DNA from: Candidatus Komeilibacteria bacterium
Lineage (GTDB): Bacteria > Patescibacteriota > Patescibacteriia > UBA1558 > GWA2-36-10
Assembly: GCA_018656065.1 (NCBI GenBank)
Contig: JABHZY010000024.1
Location: forward strand, 160,970 to 224,969
DNA length: 64,000 nucleotides
Reading direction: 5' to 3'
In this document: piece after piece, positions 26,089-36,211 of the stretch
How positions within the stretch are numbered: the stretch's first letter is position 1
Layout of the letters: every line of letters starts with the position of its first letter
The notes under the pieces: model-generated
What the model was told of the DNA's origin: nothing
What the model saw: only the letters and a program-made list of their open reading frames with translations
The model's database searches: none
Made by a program: the position numbers and the translations under genes

Positions 26089-27228
26089 CTAATATTGAAT
26101 TTGAGTAAACTCAGTTGATCTTTCGCATTCACTTTTCTCACTTGAATCTTTAATATTAGCACAAACAGCTACATCCTTTGTCTTCACTGCTACATTATTA
26201 AAACACTTATCGCGAGTGCCTTTCTTCTCTATATTTTCACAAAATGAAGCATCTCTAGCGGCCAAAGCAGCTCCGTAACTACATTCATATCTATCGTCAT
26301 TATCATCTAAATAAATACATGCTTCTGAATTTTTAGCGTTTTTAGCCATATTTATAAAACAATATTTTTTTTTGGAATCATTTTCAATTTGTTTACAAAG
26401 CTCAATATCAAATTTTTCAACAGCTATATCTGAATAACAGCTATCTTTATCCCTGCCGCCAACTATTTTATCACAAAGATCTGTGTCGGACTTTTCAATC
26501 GCAATCCCTAAAAAACAATTATCCTTAATTGATTGACTAGCTATTTTATCACAAATAGCAAGATCTATTTTTTTTATACCAATATCAGATAAACAATTAT
26601 CGCGATATGAACCCTCTTCTATTTTCTCACAAATTGATTCATCCTCCATTTCTTCAGCTACTGCGGCAATGCACTTACTTAAAACGGAAGCCCTACCCTC
26701 AACTTTATCACAAATTGAAATGTCTTTTTTATTTATTGCAATTTCTGTATAACAATTAGAAGTTTTGAATGATTCTTCTACTCTGACGCAAATACTTTCA
26801 TCATTTTTATCAATTGCTATATCATTAAAACAACTAGCTCGAGTAGATTTACTAGATATTTTATCACAAAGATTTTCGTTTTTAGATTCTTTGGCTATTG
26901 TATTATAACAACTCCCCTTAGTATTATCTTTTGAAATATCAGCACAAATATCAGAGTCTTTCTTTAAAATAGCCACGCTAGAAAAACAAGAATCTTTACT
27001 GGATTCCTTATCTATTAAATCACAAACTGACTTATCTTCTTTAGCTTCGGCTACTGCAATTAAACACCTTTCCTGTCTAGACTGATCTTCTTTCATTTTA
27101 AGACAGATTTTTGGGTCTTTCTTATTAATAGCCTTATTCATATCTGCATCCAAAGAATCAAAAATTCCACAACCACTTAAGAAAAATATCCCGAAAGTCA
27201 AAAGTAAAAGGAATTTAATTTTTTTCAT
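26089..27228 (-). CDS. lipoprotein made of about 12 tandem 26-aa two-cysteine repeats
   Basis: The lipobox-like start is LLLTFGIFFLSGC. The repeat unit runs C-x2-I-x8-C-x3-(I/V)A-x3-D-x3, for example CDKISSKSTRASCFNDIAIDKNDESI. Confidence 0.7.
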   Translation of the reverse strand: MKKIKFLLLLTFGIFFLSGCGIFDSLDADMNKAINKKDPKICLKMKEDQSRQERCLIAVAEAKEDKSVCDLIDKESSKDSCFSSVAILKKDSDICADISKDNTKGSCYNTIAKESKNENLCDKISSKSTRASCFNDIAIDKNDESICVRVEESFKTSNCYTEIAINKKDISICDKVEGRASVLSKCIAAVAEEMEDESICEKIEEGSYRDNCLSDIGIKKIDLAICDKIASQSIKDNCFLGIAIEKSDTDLCDKIVGGRDKDSCYSDIAVEKFDIELCKQIENDSKKKYCFINMAKNAKNSEACIYLDDNDDRYECSYGAALAARDASFCENIEKKGTRDKCFNNVAVKTKDVAVCANIKDSSEKSECERSTEFTQIQY

Positions 27229-27303
27229 AATTTTAGTTAATTTTAATATTAAAATATTAACATAAAAACTTCTAAGCTAGCAAATATTTATATACTAAAA
27301 AAT

Positions 27304-27603
27304 TTATTTAAGTAATCTAACCTTAAATACACCTTGCCCTCCTTGAGTAAATTTCCCTTCTTTAAAGTCCTTAACTAAAGGATGACTTCTAAGTAAATCT
27401 TCAATAAGTGGTTTTATAACTGGCCCATTTTTAGAATGTATCCCTACTCCAGTAATAATAGATATTAAACTATAACCATCATTTAAAGATTCTTTAATAA
27501 ATTCATCAGCTAAATCTAAGATTTGTTGATGAATCATCGGTCCTCTATTATGAAAATCTAGCTCCACTTCAGCCTGATTAAATTGTTTATATTTATTAAC
27601 CAT
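27304..27603 (-). CDS. Smr domain protein
   Basis: The Smr core is ELDFHN...ISIITGVGIHSKNGPVIKPLIEDLL. The ATG at 27603 follows the ABC gene stop (27605-27607) by 1 nt. The track start at 27669 overlaps that gene. Confidence 0.65.
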   Translation of the reverse strand: MVNKYKQFNQAEVELDFHNRGPMIHQQILDLADEFIKESLNDGYSLISIITGVGIHSKNGPVIKPLIEDLLRSHPLVKDFKEGKFTQGGQGVFKVRLLK

Positions 27604-27604
27604 C

Positions 27605-29365
27605 TTAAGCAATGAATCCACCGACTTGTTTTTTCCAAAGTCTATTATAGAGACCCTGTTTTTTAGCAATTAATTCTTTATGAGTGCCTTGTTCAATTAT
27701 TTTTCCTTTATCCAAAACTACAATTCTATCCATCTTCATGATAGTAGATAGTCTATGAGCAATTACTATCACTGTCTTATCTTTCATTAGATTAGCTAAT
27801 GCATCTTGAATAAGCTCCTCTGATTCAGAATCTAGACTAGAAGTAGCTTCGTCCAACACCAAGATTGGTGCGTTCTTTAATATTGCTCGGGCGATAGCTA
27901 CACGTTGTCTCTCGCCACCAGATAATTTCACGCCTCGCTCACCGACATAGGTTTCATATTTTTCAGGAAAATCATTTATAAAATTACTAGCATGAGCTAA
28001 TTTAGCAGCTTTGATAATTTCTTTATCGCTGGCCTGCGGTCGGCCATAACGAATATTTTCTCTCAATGTCCTGTGAAATAAAATTGGATCTTGATTAACT
28101 AAAGATATATTTTTCCACAAAGAATCTTGACTTACACTAATTACTTTTTGATTATCTACCAAAATTTTACCTCTATCTATATCATAGTTTCTTAAAAGTA
28201 GATTTACCAAAGTAGATTTACCAGAGCCAGATGGTCCAATCAAAGCTATTTTTTCTTTAGCTTTAATATTTAAACTAAAATCAGAAATAATTTCTCTAGT
28301 TTGATTATAAGCAAAATCAACTTCCTTAAACTCTATTTGACCACCGTTCATTTTAAGTGTCTTAGCACTTTTAACATCCTTTATTTCATGAGGGGCTTCT
28401 AATATTTCAGTCATTTCTTCAGCCTCAGCCATAGCTTCATAATATTTTCGAATAATACGGCCAAAATTCCACAACCTCATCATAATAGTAATTAAATAGG
28501 TTTGGATTAAAACAAATTCACCAACGCTAATAATATCTTTTTGCCACAAAGAAATAGCATAATACATAATGCCAATTTCTAAAATCATCATCAATAAAGT
28601 CTGACCAGCTTCAAAATAATTATATAAATTCCAAGTAAACTGATGCATTTTTTGATATTGACTATTCACACCTTTAAATCTTTTTCTTTCTCTAATATAA
28701 CCTGTAAATAATTTTAAATTCAAATGATTAGTAATTGTATCTGCTAATACTCCAGTTACTTTTGAATTTAATTCGGCTCGCTGCACATCATATTTTAATT
28801 TATATAAAGAAAAATAATAATTAACTAACATATAAACCACGGTCCATGCAAAAATTCCTAAACCAAGCCATATGTTTCGCCTGCCCAGGGTTATAATAAT
28901 AAAAGTTAGATTTAAAAATATTGGTAAAAAATCCCAAAAAATTAAATCTGTCACAACCTCAAAAGCTCTAGAAAACCTATTTACTTTTTTAACAAGTGAT
29001 CCTACAAAATTATTATTAAAAAAAGAAATAGAATGCTTATGTAAATAAGCAAAAGAAAAATTAGACATCCCTGCCATAGCATTGGTCTGAAAATATGAAG
29101 TAGCAAAAGTAGCTATTCTCCAAAAAATCCAAGATACTAAGTAAACAGCTAATACTTTCATAAGTGTCCACTGCAAATCTCCAATTTTATCTGCACTATC
29201 ACCTGCCTTAGTTAAAATATCAAAAAAATCTTTATAGAAAAGAGGTGCTACAACATGTCCAGCTGAAGCAATGATTATAGAAATTATTATAAGCCAAGGA
29301 GCCCACTTGTATTGTCTCAAATGTTTCCAGAAAATTTTGAATGTCTGTTTGGTTAAATACTGCAT
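27605..29365 (-). CDS. ABC exporter, fused permease-ATPase (MsbA-like)
   Basis: 586 aa with a 6-TM N-terminal half. Walker A is GPSGSGKST, the signature is LSGGERQRVAIARA, and Walker B is ILVLDEATS. Confidence 0.85.
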   Translation of the reverse strand: MQYLTKQTFKIFWKHLRQYKWAPWLIIISIIIASAGHVVAPLFYKDFFDILTKAGDSADKIGDLQWTLMKVLAVYLVSWIFWRIATFATSYFQTNAMAGMSNFSFAYLHKHSISFFNNNFVGSLVKKVNRFSRAFEVVTDLIFWDFLPIFLNLTFIIITLGRRNIWLGLGIFAWTVVYMLVNYYFSLYKLKYDVQRAELNSKVTGVLADTITNHLNLKLFTGYIRERKRFKGVNSQYQKMHQFTWNLYNYFEAGQTLLMMILEIGIMYYAISLWQKDIISVGEFVLIQTYLITIMMRLWNFGRIIRKYYEAMAEAEEMTEILEAPHEIKDVKSAKTLKMNGGQIEFKEVDFAYNQTREIISDFSLNIKAKEKIALIGPSGSGKSTLVNLLLRNYDIDRGKILVDNQKVISVSQDSLWKNISLVNQDPILFHRTLRENIRYGRPQASDKEIIKAAKLAHASNFINDFPEKYETYVGERGVKLSGGERQRVAIARAILKNAPILVLDEATSSLDSESEELIQDALANLMKDKTVIVIAHRLSTIMKMDRIVVLDKGKIIEQGTHKELIAKKQGLYNRLWKKQVGGFIA

Positions 29366-29397
29366 AAGTTTGGTAATTATAGCATACTTATTTTAAT

Positions 29398-29472
29398 TGG
29401 CTCCCCCAGTAGGACTCGAACCTACAACCTCTGCATTAACAGTGCAGCGTTCTACCATTGAACTACAGGGGA
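29398..29472 (-). tRNA. tRNA-Asn(GUU)
   Basis: Hand fold. Acceptor is UCCCCUG/UGGGGGA. Anticodon arm is CUGCA-CUGUUAA-UGCAG. T arm is GUAGG-UUCGAGU-CCUAC. It ends GCCA. It resembles E. coli tRNA-Asn. Confidence 0.85.
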
Positions 29473-29660
29473 TTAAAAAACAAATAAAAAATCGGTCTAT
29501 TTTGACCGATAACTTCCTAAAAAAATTTTATTTATATATAAAAAGTCACCGGCTGGTTAATCCGTTATTGTTATTATCGGCTGAATTTGTAACTTTTCTC
29601 ATCATCATAGAATAAAATTACTTAATTTGTTCTCTAATACTAGCAATATTAGCTTTTTTT

Positions 29661-29698
29661 GTCAAAATTTTACCCCGGGCCGCTTGGCGACCCAGGGT
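29661..29698 (-). terminator. terminator-like 12-bp GC hairpin after the multi-HTH gene
   Basis: On the minus strand ACCCUGGGUCGC-CAA-GCGGCCCGGGGU is followed by AAAAUUUU. Confidence 0.5.
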
Positions 29699-29704
29699 AC
29701 AGTG

Positions 29705-30706
29705 TCAGCTCTGGGAAGTGTCCCGGAACTTGACCTTGCAAACAACGAGCTCTGCGGAGCCCTTCTCAATGGTCTTGACGACCCCTCTCCTCATCAGCTC
29801 GCTGATAGCTCGACGACATGTCGTATTGCTGATACCAGCTTTTTTAGCGGCCTTGAAGACCTTGCGCTTCAGATTAAGAACCCTGACTTTCTTGAGGGAT
29901 TTCGGATAATCCTCATCCTCAACGACTCCCATCAGGAGATCTACAGCCGCCTGCTGCTTGACCGGCAGAAGCGGCTGATGGCTCCAGAAACGATGTCCAC
30001 GCAGCTGCTTGGCAGTACGCTTCCTCCGTTTCTGCTTATCAACCTCTGACTCGGAAACAAGACCGTAACGCTGCTTGACCTCGGACAGCTCACCATCGGG
30101 ATCAAGTACGATCTCCATGACGTCCTGGATATCACGCTGGGTAATTTCCAGATTAATGTCATCACAGAGAACGTGGATCTTGCCCACTGAATGAATCAAC
30201 GCTTCATGATCCTTGATCTCATTGTTCAGGACACCCCAAAGCCACTCCTGAGTCCATCCCAGCCTACGAGCAGCCGCCCGAAAACTGATGTCTTTACTCA
30301 GAATATGCTTCCTGAGGCGAAAGAAGACGTTTGGCATATTGTCGAGCTCCTGGGTATAAAAACCCTTGGCGCGCAACCAGTACTGCCACATCAGCCAGTC
30401 GGCTCGCTGCGGGATAGCCTCGCCATACAACCAGCGACGAATAGCCCGCTCGCTACGACCAGTAAAGTGCATTAGCTCCTTCACCGCCCGCCCGACGAAG
30501 CCACTTCTCTTCAGATCAGCCAGACAGGCATCACGACAGGCATCGGTATCAAAACCGACGTAAATAATCTCTTCCGGCGAATTCCGGAAAGCATACATGA
30601 AGAGCGGCAGCTCTTCAGACATGACTTCTGCAATCTCCCTATCATCGACTTCATGATCTGCCTGATCCAGGACTGCCTGAACTATTGTCTTGTGTTTGTT
30701 ACTCAT
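29705..30706 (-). CDS. orphan GC-rich protein with three helix-turn-helix-like segments
   Basis: The likely start is the ATG at 30706 (MSNKHKT), with GGAGG 8-9 nt upstream. HTH-like stretches are RSERAIRRWLYGEAIP, ISFRAAARRLGWTQEWL and GISNTTCRRAISELMRRGVV. Confidence 0.6.
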   Translation of the reverse strand: MSNKHKTIVQAVLDQADHEVDDREIAEVMSEELPLFMYAFRNSPEEIIYVGFDTDACRDACLADLKRSGFVGRAVKELMHFTGRSERAIRRWLYGEAIPQRADWLMWQYWLRAKGFYTQELDNMPNVFFRLRKHILSKDISFRAAARRLGWTQEWLWGVLNNEIKDHEALIHSVGKIHVLCDDINLEITQRDIQDVMEIVLDPDGELSEVKQRYGLVSESEVDKQKRRKRTAKQLRGHRFWSHQPLLPVKQQAAVDLLMGVVEDEDYPKSLKKVRVLNLKRKVFKAAKKAGISNTTCRRAISELMRRGVVKTIEKGSAELVVCKVKFRDTSQS

Positions 30707-30787
30707 GGGGTAGACCTCCATGTCTTTCTTATTGTGGTGAACAACCTTCCATGGACTAAATACCCATGAATTACGAATGGGACTTCT

Positions 30788-30817
30788 ATTTTTAACATAA
30801 AAAGCCACTTTTGTCAA
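30788..30817 (-). promoter_or_regulatory. promoter of the multi-HTH gene
   Basis: On the minus strand TTGACA (30812-30817), 17 nt, TAAAAAT. It directly follows the terminator of the upstream hydrolase gene (agaccgcg...cgcggtct). Confidence 0.5.
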
Positions 30818-30870
30818 TAATAGCAATTAAAAAAGACCGCGTAGAGCGCGGTCTATATAAATATAATTTT

Positions 30871-31653
30871 TTAATTTTTTAGCTTATTATCTATCCAATC
30901 TTGCAAAATTTGCTTCATCTTAGCCAAATGTTCAGGTTTTTCAAAAGTATGAGGAGCTCCTTTAACTACGTGAATTTCCTTATCTTCTGGCATACCATCA
31001 TAAAGTTTCATCTGATCTTCTAAAGGTGTTCCCATATCCTCTTCTCCTACCATCATCAGTATTGGCATGGTAAATTTATCAGCCTCAGGCACTATATCAT
31101 ATTTTAAGATATCTTCTTTAAATGGCTCCCAATCTAATTTTTTTATAACTTCCTTGCCATTTTCTATTTTTATAGCTGGCAAATCATCTCTACCAAATTT
31201 AGCTATAGTCTGATGACCGCCTATTACAGTTGCGAATGGCACTATACCAGATACTCGGGCTAAATAATCTGCTGCGTAACGTAAAATACAACCACCTCCC
31301 ATACTGTGCCCCGCCAAAACAAATGGTTCTTGATACCAATCTTGAGTCTTAGCCCAATCTATAACATCAGCTAAATCATTATAATAACCCGTGAAGCTTG
31401 CTTGACTATAATCCCCATCGCTCTGACCTACTCCATTTGTTACATCAAATATTACTACTGTAAAATTTTTATCTGCAAAACTATCTACAAAATTTTGCAT
31501 ATGAATAGCACTTTTTGTTTGACCTAAGCCTGGCATTACAAAAACCAGACCTTTTTGTGGTTTAATTTTTGTAAGATTTAAAGCAATCTTGTTTCCCTCT
31601 CTATTTTTGATAAATAGATTCTCCATAAGTACTTTTATAAATATATTTTTCAT
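30871..31653 (-). CDS. alpha/beta hydrolase
   Basis: 260 aa with the GHSMGG nucleophile elbow. Its start lies 2 nt after the ATPase stop. Confidence 0.7.
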   Translation of the reverse strand: MKNIFIKVLMENLFIKNREGNKIALNLTKIKPQKGLVFVMPGLGQTKSAIHMQNFVDSFADKNFTVVIFDVTNGVGQSDGDYSQASFTGYYNDLADVIDWAKTQDWYQEPFVLAGHSMGGGCILRYAADYLARVSGIVPFATVIGGHQTIAKFGRDDLPAIKIENGKEVIKKLDWEPFKEDILKYDIVPEADKFTMPILMMVGEEDMGTPLEDQMKLYDGMPEDKEIHVVKGAPHTFEKPEHLAKMKQILQDWIDNKLKN

Positions 31654-31655
31654 GA

Positions 31656-34325
31656 TTATTTCTTAGTTTTTTGATAATGAATAAATACTGCCTTTATTAT
31701 TTCTATCAAAATTATCACCAAAAGTATAGCCGCTAAAATAACTTGCCACTCTTTCCAAGTCAAAGGCACTGTTCTTAATACTCTGTTAAAAAATGGCATG
31801 TAGACTGCAATAAGTTGCATGGACAAACCAATTAACACAGCCCCATTTAAATATTTATTTTTGAAAGGATTAGCTTTGAAAATATTATGATCAAGACTTT
31901 TAATGCTATAGACATAAAACAAAGTGATAATAGCCAAAGATGTAAAGGTTACTGTTCTGGCTAAATCTTCATTACCAGTCTCTTTCCAAAAATACCAAAA
32001 TAACAATAAGCTACTAAAGCCAGTTAGCATGCTAACTATTAGAATCATAAACTTACTCTCAAAATCTAACAAACTATTAACCTTTTTTGGTTTTTGGTTC
32101 ATTATCTTTTCATCTTCAGGCTCCATGGTCAAAGCTAAGGCTGGAAATCCATCGTCTACTAGATTGACCCACAATATCTGTGCAGCCAAAATAGGCAAAG
32201 GTATTTGGAGTATTAAACTACCGACAATAATAATAATTTCTGAAAAACTATCTGACAATAAATACAATATCACTTTGCGCAGATTAGCAAATATAACTCT
32301 ACCCTGTTTGATTGCCATCACTATAGTATCAAAATTATTGTCGAGTAAAACCAAGTCGGCTGTTTCTTTGGCAACATCAGAGCCACTAGAAACTGCCACT
32401 CCAATATCAGCTGCCTTTAAAGCCGGCGCGTCATTAACGCCATCACCAGTCATAGATACTATTTCTCCTTTATTTTGCCAAGCTTTGATAATTCTAAGTT
32501 TATCAGCTGGAGAAACTCTAGCATAAACCTTAATATTTCTAACTCGCTTACTTAGCTCTTCATCAGTCATTTTGAGCAACTCATCTCCTGTTACTACACT
32601 GTCATCTTTAAAAGCTAATCCTAATTCTTTGGCGATGCTCTTGGCAGTAAATTTGTTATCACCTGTGATAATAACTGTGTTTATACCTGCTGCTAATGTT
32701 TTTTTCAAAGTAGCTTTTGTTTCTTTACGCAGAGGATCGGATAAGCCCCAAATACCTGCAAAAATAAAATCATGTGGATTGTCTTTGAAGTCAGAAAAAT
32801 TTTCATACTTTTTTGGCACAAGCTGATAAGCTCCAGCTAAAACTCTAAGGCCCTGCTTACTTAACTCCTGCCATTTTTTATCAAAATAATCAAAACGCTC
32901 TTTACTCATCTTGGATACTTTAGATGAGTTTTGATATTTATTAGAAAATTTTAATATCTTTTCTGGAGCACCTTTGATAAATACAATATCATACTTATCA
33001 TCATAATGATGCCTAGTGACCATAAATTTTCTCTGATGATCAAAGGGAATCTCCTCCACTCTTTTTAATTTTTTCTGATCTTCTTCTATATGACTATCAT
33101 TAGCCCCAAAAATCATTAAAGCTTTTTCAGTAGGACTACCTAAAACTACCCAATCTTCTGCGGAAGATTCTGGATTTTGTACTACTGCGTCATTACAAAA
33201 AAATGCAGTCTGAGCTATTAAATCTAATTCTTTATTAACTTCTAAATCACGAAATGATTGAGCGGCTAAGTCAATATGAAACTTATAACTTACCACACTA
33301 GTCACTCGCATCTCACCTTCTGTTAATGTACCTGTCTTATCAGTACATATCACAGTGGTAGAACCCAATGTCTCAGCTGAAACTAAACGCCTAACCAAAC
33401 CATTATGTTTTAATATTCGCTGCATACCAACAGTCAGTATCATCGTCATACTAATTACCAAACCTTCTGGGATAGCTGATACAGCGACTGCCACCGCTAA
33501 AGTAAACATCTCCACCATATCATGATCTTTGAAGACACCGAAGGCAAAAACAAATAAAGCTAATATAGCTATAATTTTTGTTATAGATTTAGCAAAATCA
33601 TCCAATTTTTGTTGAAGCGGTGTTTTGGCCTCTTTAGTTTCTTTGAGCATTACTGTAATCCTGCCCATCTCTGTATCAAAGCCAGTATTTACAACCAAGG
33701 CTTGGGCTCGACCTTCGACTACTAAGGTACCCATGAATACCATGTTCTTTCTTTCTGCTAAAACAGTACCTACATCTAGATTTGTCAATTCTTTTTTAAC
33801 CGGCCAAGATTCTCCAGTCAGCGTTGCTTCATTTACTTCAAAATCATTTACCTGGATAAGTCGCGCGTCAGCTGGCACCCTACTACCTGACTCCAAAACC
33901 ACTACGTCTCCTGGCACTAGCTTTTTTGATTCTATTTTCTTTTCAACTCCACCCCTAAAAACAAGTGTTTCTTTTTTAACTATTTTGTTTAACTTTTCCA
34001 AAGACTTATTAGCTTTGAATTCTTGAATAAAACCAACTACCACATTAATCATCACAGCTGCAAATATCACATAAGCATCTACATACTCACCAAAAAATAA
34101 TGATATAAAACCAGCCACAATCAAAACTATAACCAAAACACTACGAAATTGAGCTAAAAATAAATTAAACGCTGAAAACTTATTTGCTTGAGCTAAAACA
34201 TTAAAACCAGACTTATTTAATCTTTTCTTAGCTTCGGAATGACTAAGTCCTTCTTTAGAAGAATCTACTGTTTTGAAAATTTTCGCTATTGGCAAATTGT
34301 GCCAAGCAATATCCTTTTTTGACAT
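31656..34325 (-). CDS. P-type cation-transporting ATPase (type II, Ca2+/Mg2+-like)
   Basis: Motifs are ICTDKTGTLT, TGES and TGDGVNDAPALK, with 10 TM helices. The likely start is the ATG at 34325 (MSKKDIAWH); the track starts at 34352. Confidence 0.85.
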   Translation of the reverse strand: MSKKDIAWHNLPIAKIFKTVDSSKEGLSHSEAKKRLNKSGFNVLAQANKFSAFNLFLAQFRSVLVIVLIVAGFISLFFGEYVDAYVIFAAVMINVVVGFIQEFKANKSLEKLNKIVKKETLVFRGGVEKKIESKKLVPGDVVVLESGSRVPADARLIQVNDFEVNEATLTGESWPVKKELTNLDVGTVLAERKNMVFMGTLVVEGRAQALVVNTGFDTEMGRITVMLKETKEAKTPLQQKLDDFAKSITKIIAILALFVFAFGVFKDHDMVEMFTLAVAVAVSAIPEGLVISMTMILTVGMQRILKHNGLVRRLVSAETLGSTTVICTDKTGTLTEGEMRVTSVVSYKFHIDLAAQSFRDLEVNKELDLIAQTAFFCNDAVVQNPESSAEDWVVLGSPTEKALMIFGANDSHIEEDQKKLKRVEEIPFDHQRKFMVTRHHYDDKYDIVFIKGAPEKILKFSNKYQNSSKVSKMSKERFDYFDKKWQELSKQGLRVLAGAYQLVPKKYENFSDFKDNPHDFIFAGIWGLSDPLRKETKATLKKTLAAGINTVIITGDNKFTAKSIAKELGLAFKDDSVVTGDELLKMTDEELSKRVRNIKVYARVSPADKLRIIKAWQNKGEIVSMTGDGVNDAPALKAADIGVAVSSGSDVAKETADLVLLDNNFDTIVMAIKQGRVIFANLRKVILYLLSDSFSEIIIIVGSLILQIPLPILAAQILWVNLVDDGFPALALTMEPEDEKIMNQKPKKVNSLLDFESKFMILIVSMLTGFSSLLLFWYFWKETGNEDLARTVTFTSLAIITLFYVYSIKSLDHNIFKANPFKNKYLNGAVLIGLSMQLIAVYMPFFNRVLRTVPLTWKEWQVILAAILLVIILIEIIKAVFIHYQKTKK

Positions 34326-34397
34326 ATTTATATTATAACATAAAAGATTCAAATTTCTAAGCTTGAATTTTATTGAAATTAAGGTAAAATTAAGCCT

Positions 34398-36209
34398 ATG
34401 GATACAATAGCTAAAATCAAAGAAGATATTAAATTAAATATCAAATCAGTCTATAAAGAAGAAATAGATGATTTTGATTTAGATTTACCTCCCCAAGAAA
34501 AATTAGGAGACTATGCCTTTCCTTGTTTTGATCTAGCTAAAAAGCTTGGTAAAAATCCTGTTGAATTAGCTAAGGAATTAGCTGATAAATACCAAACTGG
34601 TGATTTGATAAATAATGCTAAAAATATTGGCCCTTATTTAAATATCTTTGTAAATAATGATTTTATTAAAGAATCTATTAATGAAATCGCAAAAAATAAA
34701 AAATTCGGTCAAAGCAAATATGGCCAAAATCAAAAAGTACTTATAGAATTTTCTGGGCCAAATACCAATAAACCTCAACATATTGGACATGTTAGAAATG
34801 ATTGTCTTGGTCAGGCCTTGGTAAATATTTATAAAGCGAGTGGTTATAAAACTACAGCTGTTAATATTATTAATGATCGCGGTATTCATATTGTTAAAAG
34901 TATGCTGGCCTGGCAAAAATTTGCTGATGGTGAAACTCCAGAATCATCCGGCATGAAAGGTGATCACTTAGTTGGCAAATACTATGTAAAATTTGGCCAA
35001 TTATTAAAAGAAGAAGAAAAAAAATATTGTGAAGCTAAAAATATTGATTTAATTAAATTATCTAATCTGGAACGTAGAAAAGTTGAAAATAAATTTTTAG
35101 CACAATCTCCTTTAATGAAAGAAGCTCGGACCATGCTAGTAGCCTGGGAAAACAATCATCCTGAAATCAGAAAACTATGGAAAATGATGAATGATTGGGT
35201 TTATCAAGGCTATGATAAAACCTATAGAGACCTTGGCATTGAATTTGATCATTTGGATTTTGAAAGTGATACTTATTTACTAGGCAAAAATATTATCGAG
35301 CTAGGACTAAAGAGAAAGGTCTTCCTTAAAAAAGAAGATGGTTCAGTTTGGATGGACTTAAGTAAAGATGATTTAGATGATAAAATTGTCTTGCGGGCTG
35401 ACGGCACTTCTGTTTATTTAACTCAGGACTTAGGCACTGCTGTTAGAAGATTTGAAAAATTCAAATTCGATAAATCGATCTATGTTGTGGCTAACGAACA
35501 AGATCATCATTTTAAAATATTATTCTTAGCTCTAGCCAGACTAGGCTTTGACTGGGCTAAAAATTTGCATCATTTATCATATGGCATGATGTCTTTGCCG
35601 GGTGGTAAAATAAAATCCCGCGAAGGCAAAACTGCTGATGCTGATGATCTGATTGCTGGTATGAAAAACAAAGCTAAAGAAGTCATGGCCAAGGCTGAAA
35701 AAAAAGTCGATACTTCTGAAGCTGACACTGAACAAATTGCTGAGCAAGTTGGTCTAGGTGCTTTGAAGTTTTTCATTCTGGGCACTAATCCGCAAAAAAA
35801 TATTGTCTTTAATCCTGAAGAATCAATTTCCTTTGATGGCTATACTGGCACTTTTATCCAATATACTCATGCTAGGATTTCTACTATGCTTAGCAAGGCT
35901 GACAAGGTAGCTAATATTTCTAAAATAAAAGATTTTGATTTTAATAAAGAAGAAAAAAAATTAGTTAAAACATTATTAATGTTTACTGAAACTATTCAAA
36001 AATCAGCTATAAATCAAAACCCTTCTCTACTTACTCAATATTTGTTTGATTTAGCTAAAACTTATAATAATTTTTATCAACAACATAGCGTATTAAAAGC
36101 CGAAAGTGAAAACGTCAAACAAATCAGGTTAAACATTTCTAAACTAACAAAACAAGTACTAAAAGATGGTTTAGCACTACTAGGCATCAAAGCCCCAGAT
36201 ATGATGTGA
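34398..36209 (+). CDS. argS: arginyl-tRNA synthetase
   Basis: 603 aa. The HIGH motif is PQHIGHVRN. Class I core and DALR-like anticodon-binding C-terminus ending in M. Confidence 0.85.
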   Translation: MDTIAKIKEDIKLNIKSVYKEEIDDFDLDLPPQEKLGDYAFPCFDLAKKLGKNPVELAKELADKYQTGDLINNAKNIGPYLNIFVNNDFIKESINEIAKNKKFGQSKYGQNQKVLIEFSGPNTNKPQHIGHVRNDCLGQALVNIYKASGYKTTAVNIINDRGIHIVKSMLAWQKFADGETPESSGMKGDHLVGKYYVKFGQLLKEEEKKYCEAKNIDLIKLSNLERRKVENKFLAQSPLMKEARTMLVAWENNHPEIRKLWKMMNDWVYQGYDKTYRDLGIEFDHLDFESDTYLLGKNIIELGLKRKVFLKKEDGSVWMDLSKDDLDDKIVLRADGTSVYLTQDLGTAVRRFEKFKFDKSIYVVANEQDHHFKILFLALARLGFDWAKNLHHLSYGMMSLPGGKIKSREGKTADADDLIAGMKNKAKEVMAKAEKKVDTSEADTEQIAEQVGLGALKFFILGTNPQKNIVFNPEESISFDGYTGTFIQYTHARISTMLSKADKVANISKIKDFDFNKEEKKLVKTLLMFTETIQKSAINQNPSLLTQYLFDLAKTYNNFYQQHSVLKAESENVKQIRLNISKLTKQVLKDGLALLGIKAPDMM

Positions 36210-36211
36210 TA

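Noticed and set aside
29397-30563. ORFs at 29397-29615, 29627-30049, 29718-29909, 29941-30165, 30191-30475 and 30366-30563.
   Set aside because: The first overlaps tRNA-Asn. The others are shadow frames of the GC-rich multi-HTH gene and have no start context.
31924-34026. Plus-strand ORFs of 200, 84 and 133 aa antisense to the P-type ATPase.
   Set aside because: These are typical antisense shadows of a long, codon-biased gene. Their Ser/Leu/Ile-rich peptides have no motifs.
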